Positions 1 through 13,075 of a stretch of DNA of 64,000 bases are shown piece after piece. The DNA is taken from contig CM022670.1 of the NCBI GenBank assembly GCA_012295275.1, positions 31,558,001 through 31,622,000 of the forward strand, written 5' to 3'. Positions within the stretch are counted from its first letter, which is position 1, and each line of letters begins with the position of its first letter. Source of the DNA: Chrysomallon squamiferum (taxonomy: Eukaryota; Animalia; Mollusca). The notes below the pieces were generated by a model. The model was not told where the DNA came from. It searched no databases and worked only from the letters and a program-made list of their open reading frames with translations. Position numbers and translations under genes: made by a program.

Positions 1-190
1 TATTGAGATGAAGTTAGTTTTAAAAGTGGATTCTACTGATCAGGTTTCAAAGTTAATAAGTTTATCCATTTTTTTTGTTGTGTTTTTTTGTTTTTGTTTA
101 ATACTTTATTTTATGTTTTTTCTTAAGGTGTCTTCTTTTGTTTGTTGTATTTTTAAATATTCATTAATTTCATTGGTTTATAAACTTCAG

Positions 191-3100
191 GTAAAATTTT
201 GGAAGATGAAAAGAAAATAGATGACTACAAAATAGAGGAAAAGAATTTTGTTGTCGTTATGGTAACAAAGGTAAGTGTTTAAATATGACATTAATTCATT
301 ATTTGTAATTAATTCTGTTTATATGTATAATTGAATTTAACGTATCAACAATAAAATTATTATCATCAATTATTTATCATTAAGCTGTATCTAGAACTTA
401 CTAACAAACATAGAAATAATTTGTTTTATGTTTTTTCAAGGTTTATATACCCATAAATTAAGAAGTGAATAAGACACTAATAAATAACCATTTTGTTAAA
501 ATGCCCAAAGGTATTTTAGTGAACAGTCATTTAATTGTGATAAGTTGAAGAAAAACATTTTTTTTTTTACATGTACATTTAAAGATCAGACAACATCTTT
601 ATTTAATCATTAATTAAATGTTTTGATTAAATGTCATCATCACTTAATTCTTAATTTCAGCCAAAGCCACAAGCAGCTGCTGCCAAGCCACCTGACAGTG
701 CAGCAAATACTGAAACTCCAACAGCCATGCAGACTACTCCTGCTGAAAGAGTTCCAGAACCAAATCCACCACAGATGGAAGAAGAAAAAACAGATGAACC
801 AAAGACAGAAGAAACAAAATCTGATGTTGCCCAAGCTAGGTAAATCTTATCTTTGTTTTTATTTTACTAATGTTTGAACTGAACTGAACTGAACTGAACT
901 TTATTTACACTCAAGCAGTAGTCTGTGGCACATGAGGATACACTCATGTATGCATATACATTTCTTGCAGTTATTGATTATTACGCTAATAAGAAATAAC
1001 TTAATTACTTAGATAATCCGGTAATATTTATTTTTAACAGACAAATCCAAAATTTGTGCACTTTTAACAATAGCAATTGTCCGTAAATTAGATGGATCTT
1101 GGATTGTTTGTAAATTTCGTAAGGAATAACCTAAATAGTGAGAGGCTGTTCTATATAAACTATAGATTTTATCTTGAATTATGGTCAGATTTAAAGGTAG
1201 GGTGCTGTGATTCCTGTCCAGTCATTTAAAAATAACTTTAAACAAAACCTATTTTGACTGCCAGTTGAATACATAAAACTGGTTAATTGGCACTAGTAAT
1301 AAATAAAGAATCAGATACGCTAATCAGGGTTGTCTGAATAGTTGTAATGTTACAATAGCTGTTGTATGTGTGTGTTATATTTCATGGAAAACATTGAAAT
1401 AAATATATTTATATGCAATATGCTACTTGATAATCATAAACATTGTAACAGCTTGCTTTTTACTACATCATATGTAATTTAAAATTAAAATTTTAAAAAA
1501 GAAGTTAAGTACGTCATTTGTGGTTTTGAAGTATGTTTGTTATTCTTTACATAACCATGTTTCAGAACATTTATTTCTGATATGTCATTAATCAAATATA
1601 ATCCATGCAAAAACTAAAAACATTTAAATTAGATATTGGTGTGCAATTAGATATGTCAAAATAATAACTTTTGTTTCATTTGCACTGTAATAATAGTAAT
1701 AGATTTTTATGAATAATCAGTTTTTTTCAGAGATTTACTCACAATTTTTCAAAATATAAAAATGTTTGATTCCAGTGCTCCAGCAGCTCAGAATACAGGT
1801 ACAGCTATTACTATGGCTACAGACACAACACAAGCCAGTTCTTCTCAATCAGCCATTCAGTCCGCAGAGAGCACATTGGTTACAGGGCAGGAATATGAAA
1901 ACATGTTAACAGAGATGATGAGTATGGGCTTTGAACGTGAACAAGTGGTGCAAGCACTGAGAGCCAGTTTTAACAATCCTGACCGAGCTGTAGAGTATCT
2001 TCTTAGTGTAAGTTGAATACTAAATGAACATAAACCTGATCTATTTCAGCAGGTAAAAGAAACAAAAAACAAACCCCAACATTTCACAAAACAATGAAAT
2101 ATATTCTTAAAGCTGACATACTTTAAAATAGTGAGATATCCAGAAATAAATTATTTAATTAATCTTCTTGTTTATTTGTTTATTATTATTATTATTATTT
2201 TACATATAACAGGGTAATATTCCTGCAGAGGAGCCTGCATCTGCCATGCCAGCAGTTCCTTCATCTCAGTCTGCATCGTCACTGACTTCACAAAGTACTC
2301 CTACATCAGCTACAGGTTCAGGTACAGGCATTGAAGCAGGAGCTGGGACAGGGGCAGCTGTTACTCCAAGAGAGACTGGACTGGCTGCTGGAACAGAATC
2401 AGTGTCTCCAGCTGCAGGACTTGGTTTGGGAACTGGACCTACACAACCATCTGCTGGTTTGTAACTGTTTATTATTCTAATTTGTTTACAGTGATAAAAT
2501 GGATACTTAATTCTTTTTTTTCCTGTATTTTATTTTAATTTTAATTTTTTTAATTTACAGAATTCTCAGTGCTAAGGTTCAGAATGCTAGTTTATAATGT
2601 TGTTTCTTATTTTAATTACTGGACACTGATAAAATGTTTATTTAAATTTTCGTCTTTTTCTCTTGCATAGAACTGTCTGCATACATAAAAAAGCAGAATT
2701 TTGTTCATGCTTGAATAAAGTACTGGCACAACACCAGTAGACAAAAATCCTAATTTGTTTTATACATTCTTATATATGTAACTTGTAGTAAGTCTCTGGT
2801 ATTTACTAAATGTGTTTTTGTCTGCATGTATAATATGTGTTGATCCTGGGTCCATTTACATATTGTACATTATTTTATTTTATTTCATTATATTTATTTG
2901 TCAATTTACAAGTAATAATGCTTTGTTTTTTGTTCACTGCAGGTGAAAATCCATTAGCATTTTTAAGAAACCAGCCACATTTTCAGAGGATGCGGCAAGT
3001 AATACAGGAAAATCCTCAGGTTTTGCCTGCTCTTTTACAGCAGATAGGGCAGCAGAATCCACAACTTTTATCTGTAAGTGAAAGTCTAATAAAATATTAT

Positions 3101-4162
3101 TTATGCTCAAGATTATGAGTAAAGGAATGTTCTGCATTTTAAACAAATTTATCTATCTTCAGTATTTCAATATATTTTTTAAAAAGTTTAAAATAAGTTT
3201 ACTCCGTTAGTTTATAATCTCTTCTTTTTTAGCTTTTAAGCACTATTATGTATTTCATTGCATTTTATGACATGCACATTTTCAGTTAATTAGTCAGAAT
3301 CAAGAAAGATTTGTACAGATGTTGAATGATCCATTGGAGGATGCACCAGAAGTACCACAGCAGGGTGCTGGAGGGGGACCCCCAATGGGAGCAGGAGGTT
3401 ACATTCAAGTGACACCACAAGAGAAGGAAGCTATTGAGAGGGTCAGTATTATTACATTAAATCTACATATAAGTCTTTACTCTAATGTGACAGTAATGCA
3501 ATTTTTAAAAATTTCTGCTTTTATCAGTTTATAGTGTATAACTTTCTATAATTTTTTAGTGTTACGTTATATAATTTTTTATGTATTTTATAAACACTAC
3601 TGAAAATTTTTCTTGCTAAACATACATCATTTCATTCAATATCTGCAAGTAAATTTTGAAAAAGTATTTTTTACCCCACATCCTCTATGTGGTGACATTT
3701 ATTTTTATTGGGACATTTGGATCATTATATGTAAAGTTTTTATTTTTGTTTTAATATAGATTTTTAAGCACTGTAGTCATACTTGGATGATTAATACAGT
3801 TTTCATTAATTCAGCACCTTATGATTTAGGGGTTCTAAAACAAAAGGCATTTTTTTGGTTTTTCTCAAGTTCTTTTTTTCATCTTTTTCTTCTTTTTTTA
3901 GTGTTTACACACACACACACATCATTCAGATGTTAAAATATTCTAAAGTACTAATTGTTATCAATGATGTGATATTTGCTTGTGTTATTTTGTAAGCTCA
4001 TTCCTGTTTATTTCCTGTCTCTGATTTATTTTTCAGTTAAAAGCCTTAGGATTTCCTGAAGCTTTGGTCATTCAAGCATATTTTGCCTGTGAGAAAAATG
4101 AAGAATTAGCGGCAAACTTTTTAATGTCAGAAAATTTTGAGGAGGAAGACTTACAGAGTTGA
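191..4162 (+). CDS. RAD23: UV excision repair protein RAD23 homolog (UBL-UBA1-XPC-binding/STI1-UBA2); 5' exons lie upstream of the window
   Basis: Exons 191-270 ([27 protein letters not shown], end of UBL), 661-839, 1776-2007 (UBA1 [27 protein letters not shown]), 2213-2456, 2943-3073 ([23 protein letters not shown]), 3286-3441 ([14 protein letters not shown]), 4037-4162 (UBA2 [32 protein letters not shown]). All junctions are GT-AG and in frame. Confidence 0.96.
875..1300 (-). mobile_element. Probable degenerate LINE 3' end in a RAD23 intron
   Basis: On the minus strand AATAAA (plus TTTATT 900-905) is followed immediately by (GTTCA)5 (875-899), the polyA signal plus tandem-repeat tail typical of CR1/L2-type 3' ends. 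Upstream minus-strand translation [14 protein letters not shown] weakly resembles LINE ORF2 C-termini. The 5' boundary is approximate. Confidence 0.4.
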
Positions 4163-4216
4163 TCTGGACAATGAGTGGCTGAAATCTGTGTATGGTTAGA
4201 ACTACTGTAAAAGGAG

Positions 4217-4249
<33 letters not shown>

Positions 4250-5298
4250 AACTTGCTTAAAAAGGATATAAAAGGACATAAGACACATAGACTATGAAAG
4301 CAACTTTCAAAAGCGTGCTTAAAGATGGGAGCTGTCTACCAAATCTACTATTAAAGTCCCTGGACATCTTGACACATGGTTAATTTGTATTATTTAAAAC
4401 CCTAATTGATCAACACCTTGCTGTTCTCTCTAATTTTCTACCTTTGCTGTGTTTTAGAAAACATACTTATGAACAAGATAGACAGTTGTTTTCGTTTCTT
4501 TTTTTCACTCTTTTTTTTTTAATAATAATAATACTTTTTCTTGAGGATTCTTACAATGAATAACATTTTATATTGAGGGGATGATAATTAAATACTATAA
4601 TTATGTAGATTAATTTTTCAAGAGATTTTAATAGATGGTTTTTTTTTTTTTGTCTCCTTCCATCTTAATAGCAGTCTTTTCAGTTTGCTCATAATGGTAT
4701 AGTCAGATGTTAATGTCATCAGTATATTTAATTTATGACTGGGAGAAGGTATTATTGAGAATACATAATAAAATGCATTCTGGAAAACCCTTTTTAAAAT
4801 ATTTTTATTAAACATATTAACCATTTGCTTGACTGTTGTAGGTGGTCTAGCACAATAATTTCAAATGTTATATGGATTTCAATACGTGGACTGTGACGGT
4901 CTAATAATAATAATGTAACAATATCTGAAAAACATAGATTTTTGACTGTGCTGATGTTTCCATATCCTGCTTGTGACAACTTTTAAACATCATTGAGAAC
5001 ACGACAGGTTTTGGACCACAGTTTATTCAGCTCCTAATTTTCTTGATTGTATTTGTGTGATTTTTGCTTCAAGCATATTATACAATTACCTTCTAATATT
5101 TAAAATAAATTTTCTGTTCCTATGTACTTTCTTTTTTTACCGCATAACCGTATTACTCTTCAAGATTTGTGTTTATGATCTGTGCTGTGTTGTTTCCAGC
5201 CATATACCAACAACTGGGATACTGCCTGTCAGTGTTTGAGCAGTGATGTAACAGTTCTGTGTTCTTGAAAAGAAACACAGAAGCAACAACCTTGTATA

Positions 5299-5304
5299 AA
5301 TAAA
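5299..5304 (+). terminator. Candidate polyadenylation signal of RAD23
   Basis: AATAAA preceded by TGTA and followed by T-rich sequence, about 1.1 kb after the stop codon. Confidence 0.5.
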
Positions 5305-5523
5305 ATTGTTTATGCCTGTACATTTTCATTCGTTCTTATTAACAGACTTTTTATTTTATTTGATTTTTTTTTTTTTTTTTTTTTTTTTTAAACGGTAATT
5401 TAAAGGGAGATAACCTATATTTTAAACTAATTACGTGATCAGTTTCAAACATAATTTTACATAGATAGAAATAAATTATATATATATAATTCGTTTTATA
5501 TAAATGCTAAATGAATTATTAGC

Positions 5524-5575
<52 letters not shown>

Positions 5576-6264
5576 CATTGCCATACAGTTTGGCAGTACT
5601 ATAAATAGGAGTGAAATGCTATCTATCCCAAACATTTAGTGTCTATAAAATTTTGTTGGAAAATATTAAATACAGTATTGGTGTTTTTTAACTAGCTGTA
5701 TTATTTTAGAGTTTAATTACGTGTCATTTATTCATTACATATTATTTTATTTTATCACCATACAATTGGAAAAAAAAAAAAAAAATGAGAGGCATTAAGA
5801 TGTCCACAATACTTCTAATAAAATGTCCTTTCCACAAAATGAAGACCAATCATAAATATGGATTTTTAATGTACAAATACAAGAATTATTTGAAACTACA
5901 TTAATCGTCTGACATTTGATGAAAAATATATTAGTTTATCTACTGTGGCGAAATCAAAGAATATTCCCATTGTCAATTCATTGTATATAATATTGGTTTC
6001 TTTGTGAGTTAATGAAACTACCGATTTATTTTTGGAACTTCCTCGAATGAAGCAGTTAAGATTTCTGACGTACTGGATTTGTTTTATTTTTTAAAACGGA
6101 GAGAAAAAAAAAGAAAGAAAAAAAGACGTTATTCACAAATATAGACCAAATATTTCTGACTGATTAAATCCATATATAACAACAGATATTAAAGTTTATT
6201 TCGTAAACTCCACATTATAAATTACAATCAGTTTCCAGTGCTTGATAAATAGCTTTCTGTAAGT

Positions 6265-6942
6265 TCATTCTGCGTAGACGCCAAATACCATCCCTGTAGC
6301 ATAAATACTTCCGAAGGTTACTGTTACCGAAGTAAACGTATCCCATCGTATATCCCATAAACATCTAGACGAAAACTGTAATGTAGCATTTTTATTTTCA
6401 CCAACGAGAACATGACAAACCAGTTTGTAACGCTTCATATCAAGCTTTTTGACACCCTCCATAATCTTGGAGCAAATAAATGTAATTCTCCTATTCATGA
6501 TGTTGTGGCTGTATTCTTTTTCGTTGATATTTTCTTTCAAGACTGCTGATATTATATCTTTAACTTTCTTTTCCTGAGACTTTAAATCTGGTTGCATTTT
6601 GTACGTATTCTCGTATTCAAGAATTTGTTGGTCATCCGTACCTTGGCTTTGTCGCTCTTGGTCCTTTCCGTGATATTTCTCTTTACTGCCTGTTGAAACG
6701 AAGGTTTCTCGCCTGGAACCGACGGTACCTGCGCGTGGTCTATAAAAATGCATGTCTGCTATTGTAGCACTACGCAGAGTGGGTTGTTTGTCTTTTTGAT
6801 GGTCCGGTCTACCACGTGGCGTTTGTTCATCTGCTCGTCTTTGATTAGTCTTGTATTCGGGTTCGTTTTTTCCATGACGTCCAGTGCGCTGGCTTTTGTT
6901 ATCAAGCTTTTGGTGGTCTGCTTTTTTATCTCTCAAACTCAT
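6265..6942 (-). CDS. Tctex1 domain-containing dynein light chain (TCTEX1D1/DYNLT5-like), 225 aa
   Basis: Uninterrupted ORF. C-terminal Tctex-1 domain (YENTYKMQP...RYKLVCHVLVGE...SRCLWD...DTF...GMVFGVYAE) after a basic low-complexity N-terminus. A 3' splice site (TTTTCAG) just upstream of the ATG implies a non-coding 5' exon. Confidence 0.9.
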   Translation of the reverse strand: MSLRDKKADHQKLDNKSQRTGRHGKNEPEYKTNQRRADEQTPRGRPDHQKDKQPTLRSATIADMHFYRPRAGTVGSRRETFVSTGSKEKYHGKDQERQSQGTDDQQILEYENTYKMQPDLKSQEKKVKDIISAVLKENINEKEYSHNIMNRRITFICSKIMEGVKKLDMKRYKLVCHVLVGENKNATLQFSSRCLWDIRWDTFTSVTVTFGSIYATGMVFGVYAE

Positions 6943-7263
6943 TGTGACTGTCTCTGAAAAATGATAAATTAAATAATTTATTTTTAATTAATTTGTAACA
7001 TGTAAGAAAGATATTACAATGACAGAAAAGTTATTGTCCAGACGTGACTTGTAATCAAATGGCTAGATTAATTCACAAGCATATATACCTTATCTATAAC
7101 GATTATGTGTTGTTATTTGTGGCACTTTAGGAGGTGTACAAAAGATTTACAACTAACGGTGGAGGGGAGCTGTTGGGTCATGTGTTGCTATGTTTTACGA
7201 TGACAACAACTTTTTTCAAGCGCAATTTGTATCTTTCAATAAACAATTATATAGATAGAGGTC

Positions 7264-7269
<6 letters not shown>

Positions 7270-7325
<56 letters not shown>
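7270..7325. repeat. (CT)n microsatellite
   Basis: Perfect CT dinucleotide run of about 56 bp. Confidence 0.95.
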
Positions 7326-7328
<3 letters not shown>

Positions 7329-8048
7329 TATACATATATCGGGGGTGTTGTTGGTTGTTTTAAAATTAGATTTCACAAAGTGCCATAAAACTAATACAGG
7401 TTCAAATTTTAGTATAATTATTTAAAAGAATCAAAACTTAATTTATTATGACACATGATTACAAGGTCAAAAGACATAAAATGTTATTATTAAAAAAGTT
7501 TGTTGGCTACAATTGCTTATGTAATTACTTGTGTAAAAAATTACAACCACAAAACAAAACAAAAATGTTGAGTCACCTAAATTCTAACTACGTTTTAATT
7601 GTTTATACTTAAATCTGCATAGATACCAATCAATAGTCCAATGGTTGTCTTGTGTTAAATTTCTATACTGTGATATAGGCAGTTATGTTAAATTATATAA
7701 CTCTAAGAAAAACAAAATAAGAAGAAGAAGAAGAAGAAGACAGAAAGAAAAAGAATAATCAAAATAGAAAACAAAGTAAATGAGATATACATCCTGATAA
7801 AATCTTCGAAAATAGGTATTTATTATTACTTTTATGAATTTCAGCGTTAGATTACAAATAATGAAATACAGAGCAACTAATATTGGCTGAACCGTAAGTG
7901 AAGAGACCGTCAAAAAGAATGTCTAAACTTCGTGATCCACTTGATAATCTTGCATAATTTTTTTTTAACACGTAACAACAAATACTGTTTGTGATTTGAT
8001 AGAGAACAAATAATTCACGTAAAAAGCATAGGGTCGATTAATAGGTGG

Positions 8049-8087
8049 GTTGCTCAGCAACAGAAAGAGAACATAATCGATGTTTAC
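8049..8087. promoter_or_regulatory. RFX X-box plus forkhead motif upstream of the Tctex1-domain gene
   Basis: GTTGCTCAGCAAC (8049-8061), an X-box with GTTGC/GCAAC inverted arms, and TGTTTAC (8081-8087). Confidence 0.6.
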
Positions 8088-8931
8088 ATAGGTTAACGAG
8101 ACATGCGTGCAGTGGATTAAGTATTGTGTAGTTGGTTTTCAAAGTTACGCAGAAACTCTGAAATATGAGAAGTTAAGGTGATGATATTTTAACGATTAGA
8201 CCACAACATTTCTCTTTATTTTGAATCAGCATACAAACTTTTGTTAATTTCCAAATAATATTGTGCATTGGTTATAGTTTAAAATATTTTCATAATAAAA
8301 ATTTCATTGTATTCTCGTATTATTAAAATCTTTGTAAAATTATATACCATTGTCTACAAAAAGCTTTAGAAAATTTCGGAGACATGAATTAATCAATAGT
8401 CAGAGCTTATGTATTCTGTATAGCCAATATCCTATAGTATCATAGTATCAAATTATTTCCAAATACGAAACAATGCATTCCTCTGTATCATGTTAGTATA
8501 ACTTTATGTTTTTATTCAAACAAATCAAACAATACACTTGCTTGAAATACTGATTTATTCCTCTAATCTATAGGTATTGTAGTGTTTACACATTAAACTT
8601 CTGTTATATGTGACCAGATATTTTTATTATTTCGCTATCAATTTTGAACAATTCTTAACATTATAATAACCTTTAATTTCAGGCCCATTAAGAAACAGCT
8701 CTACAAGTGCTCTCCAGATATTTCATCTTCGGCTCGTTAGAAATATTTCTTTACTTTTTCATTCTTTGTTTCTTACTTTTAAACAAATTATCGAGACTAC
8801 ATTATAATTATCCTACTAAAATCTGAAGTTACACAAAATATTGTTATTGACAAAATAAATTAATGAATAGTGATTTAATGATACCTAATTATATATTAAT
8901 TGTTATCTGATGTCAGTTTGTTGAATGATTA

Positions 8932-9110
8932 TGAGAGAGGAAACCTGCTTCCACCATTCTGTGAGTTATTGTTATCGATTTATTATAACAAGAAATCTTT
9001 TATAAACGGTAACCAGTAAGTATGGACGTGATAAATTATAGCCTAGTCACTGAGCACTATTTGGTATGGAAAATAGTCCAATGGGAAGACAGGGGATTGA
9101 TCCTGACTTC
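8932..9110 (-). mobile_element. Degenerate tRNA-derived SINE fragment (Nin-domain-like)
   Basis: GAGAGAGGAAACCTGCTTCCACCA...AAGAAATCTTTTATA...GAGCACT...GAAAATAGTCCAATGGG...GGGGATTGATCC resembles, from memory, the reverse complement of the molluscan Nin-SINE body and B-box. Not verified by alignment. Confidence 0.5.
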
Positions 9111-10467
9111 TGTAGTTTTAGGGTATGTGTTCATGAAAGGCAAGCTTTACGATACTGTGCTCTTGCGGAAACAAGATGAGCTATATTTTTAGCTCATTAA
9201 CCAGAGAGGGGAACATAAAGTAAAATTCGTCACATCTGTAAAAAGGACTGGTAACTCTAAAAATGAAAAACTGATTCCAAGTAAACACAATCAGTTGGTG
9301 TATTGTATATGTGTTTACAAGGTGACAACATAAATTAAAAAAAAAAAAAAAAAAAAAAGAAAAAAAAAGTAGTAGTAGTAATAATAATAATAATAATAAC
9401 AATAATTTTCAGTAATCCATTTTCTACCAGTCAATCTTGTATTAAAACAATACTTTTCACAGATTTCAACTAGCCAATGATATAATTATAATGTCTAAAT
9501 ACAGTCCGAGATTCACATTTTTTCTCCGTTATAAAAACAGTTACGTGGAAATCTTAATATTGTATCTAAAAACCAAATATATACAGTTAGCTGAGAAAGT
9601 TTAGAAACGTTTACTGTTGAAGTAAATTACAAAGACAGCGTACTTACGTAAAATGTTATTATTTTAAAGATTCGCGTTGATTATTCCGCAAGATAAACTA
9701 GAGCGACTTCCAATACTTTGGTTTTGATATCCAGCTATAGTTACTGGTGCCCTGATAACACCTGCAAGTAAATCAAACATCCGTGTTCTATCATGTATTT
9801 TTAAGCACAAAATGCTTTAGCCATAAAAATGAAATGCCAGCTTTTTCATATCTCTGTACAATTGGTCGTTGCTCAGCGCCAAACTACTTATCTTGATTCC
9901 AAACCTTTGACACGTAACAAAACCTGTCTAAACCTTTACTAACAAATGGTATTGAAAATATAATTAATTTATTTTGTAGGGTTAAAAAAATTATACTAAT
10001 AAAAAAATAAAAAAATGAAAAAGAAAAAAATGGGTCTGGACCTTCTGGCAGGTTCTTAAGTACACATACGCAGCTCATTTGCAAATTACTCGCTTAATGA
10101 TTTATTTTTAGAATGCAAATAGACTGTCGTGATAAATTATATATCGATATCCAAGGTGTTTTATGACCACTCTCATTGCTGGTTTAAGTAAATATGCCAT
10201 TCCTTACGATTTATTATGGAATTTCACACAGACAGATAGCAACATAGAAATTTATTTGTTTGTTTTTGTTTCCAAGCTTATTTTAAGTCAAGTTTCAGTA
10301 CAAAATTAATTATCAATAGCATAAACAACCGTCGGTAGCTTTTTGTTAGTTCTTGTGTTGATGTCCTGTTATTTTTCACACCAAATTAATTTAAAAAAAG
10401 AAACAATCTGTAGAAATATGCGAGTACTCGGCAAGATAACCCGATTAATATATGAAGTGATATGAAA

Positions 10468-10700
10468 TTATAATATTGCTGCAGTATCTTCTAAGGTCAT
10501 GATATATGGGTTGTCCCAATAAATTTTATGCACACAACAAACTGCTATCCATGAGTTTAAAGTGGCATCAGAAAATGAATGCGCCAAATACTCAGTGGAA
10601 TGATCCATGATGGTTTTAATTCCATCTCTCCATGTTACACGAAGTGCCTGCTGGACCAAAGCTGTATACAACTCTGTGATGTATTTTTAATAGATCAAAG
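10468..10700 (-). mobile_element. Possible RTE-clade LINE reverse transcriptase remnant
   Basis: Minus-strand translation LYTALVQQALRVTWRDGIKT resembles the RTE ORF C-terminal motif YTRxLRxALxxxWxD. No splice context or neighbouring exons. Confidence 0.3.
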
Positions 10701-11450
10701 AATGTACAGGTTTTATTTGGGAATCCTCAAGTATTTCTTTCTATTTTCAGTTACTCAAAATTTTTATATTTCGAAGTTATTTTATTGATCGTTTTTCGTT
10801 AATAATAAACAATAAAAATAACACAAGTGACAGAACATGTTGCCATTTTGTTTTTCATAAATGTACTCAATAACGTCAGTATAGAAAAATGTCGACGTTC
10901 AGGAATTTTTTTCTTCCTTTTTTAAAAAATTTGTGGTTGTTATAGGATTTCATTAATAAAACAGAACAGGGTAAAAAAAAAAAAAAAAAAAAGAAGAAAG
11001 AAATACAGAAAACAAACAAACCAGAACATAAAATAATAATAATAACAACTACTTTGAAGTATGAAGGAAATACTTAGATCAGTAGTTAATATTTTTTTTC
11101 GTCCCCCCCCCCCCACAACACCTTTTTTCTCTCTTTTTAATTTTCCAGTATATATCTTTTCAAATAATTTTGAAAGTTGCCATGTAATTATTAAATTTAT
11201 ATTGGTCTATTACAAGGAATTATGTTATAAGTATTTTTAAATATGAAGTGTTTACTGGCCCCAGTACAAGAAGGCAGCATTTATTTCCAATTCTATAAAA
11301 ACTATTTTTAGACATTTTCTTCCTTGAGTGGTATGTTCACTTTAAAGCCACGTATCATGTCCAAGTAAGTGTCAAATAATCATATTACTATAGACTTACT
11401 CATATAAAAGAAACAAAATATATCTATGTACCAATTTTATTAAATAAATT

Positions 11451-13075
11451 TCAGCTATGTGTTAGTCCCTTAAGTCCCAAGACATGATCAGCAAACAAAT
11501 CTTGCATGTTGAACTTCTGAAACATTTGTTTTACTTCATCAAGGGAACTATACTCAACAACCTGAAAATCTGTAAATCTGCAACGAAATATTGAAGTCAC
11601 TGTACCTTTTATTTATTTGGTTTTAAATATATGTATTGTTTTGGTTCATTACAAAACTAATTCATTATAAATCCTATTTTCATTAAAATAGTTTATCATA
11701 TTATTTCAATGAATTTATTTTATTTTTTTTATTATTTCAGTCTGTGAATCTGTAATGTGATATTAATCATATTTATTCTTAATATAACTTTTGTGTTTTT
11801 TGTTGTTACAAAATGGATTGAAAATCCACTTATTAAAATCATTTTATAACATTACTTAAAATCACTGTAAATTCCATTTTCATTGCATTCTACTTTTATC
11901 ATTGTTTACATATAGATTCATTATAAATTCTATGTTTATTAAATTATTCTGAAATACAGGTTCATGAAATGAGGCAAAAAACCTTGTTTCAATGGTAAGA
12001 CATTTGTTACACAACACTGACATCATCTTCTCTTTACATGGACGACCTTTTGAATCAACATCAACAATGGATGTTTTGTGTCTTGCAATATATTCCTGGA
12101 AAATATTTTATAACAAAAAGAAATTTTAAGTTAATATCAGAACTCAAGAAGAAAGTCAAACACAAAATTAAAATAATAAATTTAACAAAAGTAAATGATC
12201 AAATTAAAATTATGAAAATATTTCATACTTGTAAAAATTATTTGTGGATAATAACCTTTATTTGAGATGGTTCTCCATGAAGAATGAAAAGAATAAGTCT
12301 ATTACAAAAAACAAGTCTACCAGTCAGTTCTATCTTTTTCATCCATTTTTCTATTGTCTTTATGTACTTTGTTTTGGCTCGCATATGGTCTATGTGTAAA
12401 ATAACAGTCGAAACTTCAACAACTTCATCTTTTGTTCCTACATTTTCTTTGTCTCTATGATCATTTCTAAACAGTGAATTATCACAACATTTAGTCTCAT
12501 GGAATTTAGATTTTTCAGAGGAAAATGGTAATGCTAAGATTTCTTCCTGTAACAGTTCAGTGAGACCCATAAGCATTGATGATCCAGTGCACTTGTCTGC
12601 ATGTCTGCAAAGTTTAGCTTGTATTAGTTTTAAGGTCTCATTGTCAATATCACTGGAGTAAAGTGATATATCTGGTGCAGTGAAAGGATATTGTGAAGGA
12701 ATGTGAAAAACAATCTTTGCTTGTGATTTAAATTTTCCTTTTTCCAGCCCACTTTGAATGTTCACTGAAATTGTTTTGGCACCATTTTTTTCTGAAAGAA
12801 GAAAAAGAGGGAACTGAAAAAAATAAATATATTAGCATAAATAAATAAATAAATATAACATAACATAATACAATACAATGCAGAGCAATGCATAATTTCC
12901 GTTTTAAGAAGTCAGAATATATAATATTTTTTATTAATAAGCTTCACCATTCCATTAGTAAAAATTATATATTATCTATGATCATTTTGTATTTTGACAC
13001 TTTACCACTGGTGTCTTCCGTTTCTCCAGGTAAACAATAAATTGATTTCAAGACTAATATTTCTTCATCAGCCAT
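11451..13075 (-). CDS. RWDD3: RWD domain-containing protein 3 (RSUME-like), about 281 aa
   Basis: Exons 13075-13006 (MADEEILVLKSIYCLPGE), 12791-12256 (RWD motif YPFTAP; ILHIDHMRAKTKYIKTIEKW...LTGRL), 12095-11983 (VDVDSKGRPCKEKMMSVL), 11577-11451 (TGA). Total 846 nt, in frame with canonical splice sites. Confidence 0.92.

Noticed and set aside
4218-4247. Long A-run just after the RAD23 stop, suggesting a retrocopy tail
   Set aside because: The gene has introns and there is no target duplication. Homopolymer runs are frequent throughout the window.
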